A stretch of DNA of 64,000 nucleotides from Eledone cirrhosa (lineage: Eukaryota). The position numbers and the translations under genes are program-made. The notes beneath the pieces were generated by a model that was given only the letters and a program-made list of their open reading frames with translations, made no database searches and was not told the DNA's origin. This document shows positions 60,582-64,000 of the stretch, in pieces. The stretch's first letter is position 1. The number at the start of each line of letters is the position of its first letter. The stretch lies in the NCBI GenBank assembly GCA_964016885.1, contig OZ024746.1:79112001-79176000 (forward strand), written 5' to 3'.

Positions 60582-61092
60582 TATGGAAAGATGAAATTTC
60601 ATTTCTCACTCTTAGTACCGCTGATACTTAAATATAAGTATGTATACGTACATACATATATGTATACAGACGTACACTAGTATGTATATACATACATACA
60701 TGCACACATATATATATGTGCGTAAGGGTTTACCGAACATTTATTATAATGCTCGGTTTGTTTGTAAACAAACAGCCCGAATTATTAGCAGTATTCAGCA
60801 ACCATCGTTGCCCTTTTGTTCAACACTGACAAAGGAACGATGAACTAGTTTCTAGCTTATTAGCTGTCATCAGCAACGTATACCTTCCTGTCAGTCGATT
60901 GAATGTTTGAAAGTATATACTTTCCTTATGCATATTAACGGCTGAGCAGCCTAATTTGCATATCGAGTGAGTTAGTTGGCTGGGTGTACCGAAAACGATA
61001 AATGGAAAAAATGAAATTACATCTCTCACTCTTAGTACGGCTGATACTTAAATATAAGTATGTATACATATATGTATGTACGTATACATACT
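60582..61092. mobile_element. Second copy of the 7228-7808 family, with direct terminal repeats
   Basis: Core is the reverse complement of ~7395-7580; the atggaaa...ctcactcttagtacNgctgatacttaaatataagtatgtatac module occurs at ~60583 and ~61002. Confidence 0.75.
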
Positions 61093-61649
61093 TATATATA
61101 TATATATATTTTGCTGAACTCCTTATATTGTAGAGTTTTTTTTATCGGAATGTGTTTGACTGCTGTTTCATGTAAACAGACATTCGTCTCATTCTGGCGT
61201 CACCAGCCCTGTCTCTACATGTGCGTTTTCTTCATAATCACGCATGATGTTGAACTAGCCTGCTTTTAAATTCTCTTTTTGGCATATTATAAACAGTGGG
61301 CTTTGGTTATCGTGTCCTTGAGCTCTGCTGATGATCGACTCCAACCGTGACCATCCCCACTGAAAGTTTCGTGAAATAGTCTTTAAGACTATACAGAGCA
61401 TTGTAGTTTTTCCAAATTGAAGGATGAGTATTTTAAACTTTATTTTATTCTGAGTTAAGGCTCTATTGATTTTTCCCTGGATTTCACCAAAATTCTGTGG
61501 ATGAATCTATATCCTGATTCGTTTTGAATTGAGTTTGAATTATTTTCCCACATCTTTCGTTAACCATTTTTCCATTTTGACGCTATAGTCACTTATATAT
61601 TATGGAATACTGTTGGCTTCTTGCTACAATAATTTCTATACTTTTCATT

Positions 61650-61735
<86 letters not shown>

Positions 61736-62689
61736 TAGATATATATATAGATAGATAGATATATAGATAGATATATGAATGTGTGTGTGTATTTATGTAT
61801 ATATACACGTACATACACTAGGGCACACATATGTACGTAATGAAGTTTTGTACCAAACTTCATTTAACTTAATAAAAAAAAAAAAGCTACCGCATATGTT
61901 TAACACTTTTAATGCTGGAAGTATATTAAATTTCTCATATTCTATATAATACTAGCTGTCAAATGAAAATTGTCTGCCAAAGTGATTTTGTATAAAAATT
62001 TTTATTATGAAAGTAATATTAAAATCTTATACATTTATCCATAGTTGAGCTGTATGTTTTGATTGAAATCTAGAATTTATGTAAGAATATATATTTATTT
62101 CGATGATGCAATATAGCCAAATGGTTCAAAATTTTGCTTCGCAATCAATAGATCGATGGCTCGAATCTACTTTACGGTATTTGCGTCATAAGTTCTTTCC
62201 CATTACTTGAATCTACCTAATCTTTGTGAGTGAAATTTTATAGATGGAAACAGTCTGGTGAACTGTACCTACAATTCAAAGATCCAGCCTTCTCACACAC
62301 ACTACATCATTCTGAATTTTCCTGAGAGCAGATTATAATGAAAACATTCAACGAGATAGTTTTTGACACAATACGCTAAATTTTAAAACGAAACTCTATA
62401 GTAATTGTAGCATGATAAGAAAATGCGTTCATATGTGAGTGATTGAGCAAAACGAATAAACAATAAGGGTTATGTTTTGAAAGAGCAAACCTTTCTTAAC
62501 TCAATCCTTCAACTCCTCACATGCCAGCTGAAGTTTTTTTTATATGTGCATACAAAAATATACGCCAAACAATTTCTTGATAAAAGATACCTAAGAATTG
62601 ATCGACATACAGTTTATGAAATCCGATAGCATACTTCAATCTTTGTAGTATTTAACACCTTTACAAATATATCTGATGATAAACAGCAC

Positions 62690-62905
62690 TAAACATAAAA
62701 GGAAAACCACTAAACATAATTAAAACATCATTAAACATAAACAACTCCATTAAATATTATTAAAATATCATTAAATATAAAATACACAATTAAATATTAA
62801 AACGCCATTAAACACAAACAGCACCATTAAATATTATTAAAATATCATTAAACATAAAATACACAATTATGTATCATTAAAATGCCATTAAACATAAAAA
62901 GGATA
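62690..62905. repeat. Degenerate A-rich minisatellite
   Basis: Recurring cattaaacataaa / cattaaatattattaaaatat units. Confidence 0.6.
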
Positions 62906-63213
62906 CCAAGCATCTACACATTCATCCAAATATATATAAGATACGAAATTGTTATATGAAATATATACATGAAAAGTGGCATTTCGTACACATTTCAAAT
63001 GAAAAGGGTTGGGTAGGTCCGTGACTGTGGTAAATGGCACTTACTTAAGATGGCACAGAGTGGGATAATATCTGAGATTTTATGATTGCGAAGCGAACTT
63101 CTAAATCATTCGACCATGCTGTATGTATGTATGTATGTATGTATGTATGTATGTATGTATGTATGTATGTATGTATGTATGTATGTATGTATGTATGTAC
63201 GTATGTATGTATG

Positions 63214-63823
63214 TCAGGTCACCAGTTGGTGCTACTGGTAACATGTATCCCAGTACAACCTGTCTCATGGTCGGGTCGTTGGCGACTAAACTGGCAACCC
63301 CACCAAGGTTTCTTGGTGAGGAGGGTGACTTTGGACATCCTGCAGGACTAAAAACAAAACCTGTCAAAGGGCAAAGGAGCTCTTAAGAGTCAATGGCCAT
63401 CTAAAATCACCGGGAGAGATGACCCCTTAGCCTTTGTCAAGGCAGAATTCTAGGAGAAGGAAAACTCTGATATAACACCTGCAACCTTGATGGTATCCAA
63501 TGATGTTGACTTGTTCTTCTTTTTGGTAAATATCATCTTGGTTAAGAGAGTGGGACTGGCTTTGTGCAGTGCCTTTGCTCACTATAAAAGCTTCACGGCA
63601 CAGGCATTGCTTTATATCTGGAGATCTCTCTGCACTTGTTGTCACATGGTACCATGGGCCCTGCACTATGTGTCAATAATGGTCACAAGTGTAGTGTTTG
63701 TACCAGAGTTTTCAAGTCGCTGGCTGGACTAAAAGGTCACATTCGTTCAGCGCATCGGTAGGGGTTCTCCTACATGGATATAAAGTAGTGGCCGTACTCG
63801 AAAACGAGTTGGCAGCCACCATG
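63214..63823 (+). mobile_element. RTE-derived non-autonomous element, copy 3 (apparently full-length)
   Basis: RTE 5'-UTR-like ctaggagaaggaaaactctga motif, 3' C2H2 relic and (ATGT)n tail; preceded by (GTAT)n. Confidence 0.85.
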
Positions 63824-64000
63824 TATGTATGATGCATGTATGTTTGCATGTATGTATGTTATCTCTTTCTCTTAATTTCGAGTATATTTTTTTGACCGGC
63901 CACCTTCCAGGTGGCAAGGTTGTGAAGGAAAGGAAATTGTCATCCCTTGAATCGCAAGAATGTTTTGCAAATTTTGAAGGTGCCAGCTATCGCAGCCATT

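Overview
This is an AT-rich, microsatellite-saturated animal genomic window. The repeat landscape resembles an octopus/cephalopod genome, which is an inference. No host protein-coding gene can be supported. Almost all ORF-track entries are translations of (TA)n, (CA)n, (GA)n, (TATG)n, (CAC)n or (GTG)n arrays. The real coding content comes from transposons. It comprises a near-intact full-length L1/Tx1-clade LINE (53431-59252, minus), a degraded 5'-truncated relative (17028-20870, minus) and a 2.5-kb non-autonomous Helitron carrying a spliced RepHel N-terminal relic (3298-5798). There are also Penelope GIY-YIG, RTE and R4/Dong RLE remnants, a bipartite RTE-derived element (3 copies), two tRNA-derived SINE families and several minisatellites. 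Five observations stand out. (1) Both divergent Tx1 LINEs conserve a splice-signal cassette between ORF1 and ORF2, and the full copy has a 5' leader donor, suggesting a spliced ORF2 mRNA. (2) A TA-targeting hairpin element has arms that covary within each copy. (3) There are several minimal hammerhead-ribozyme motifs. (4) One element family has terminal repeats that are inverted in one copy and direct in another. (5) There is a possible foldback-type element with modular inverted arms. A 200-N assembly gap lies at 24524-24723.
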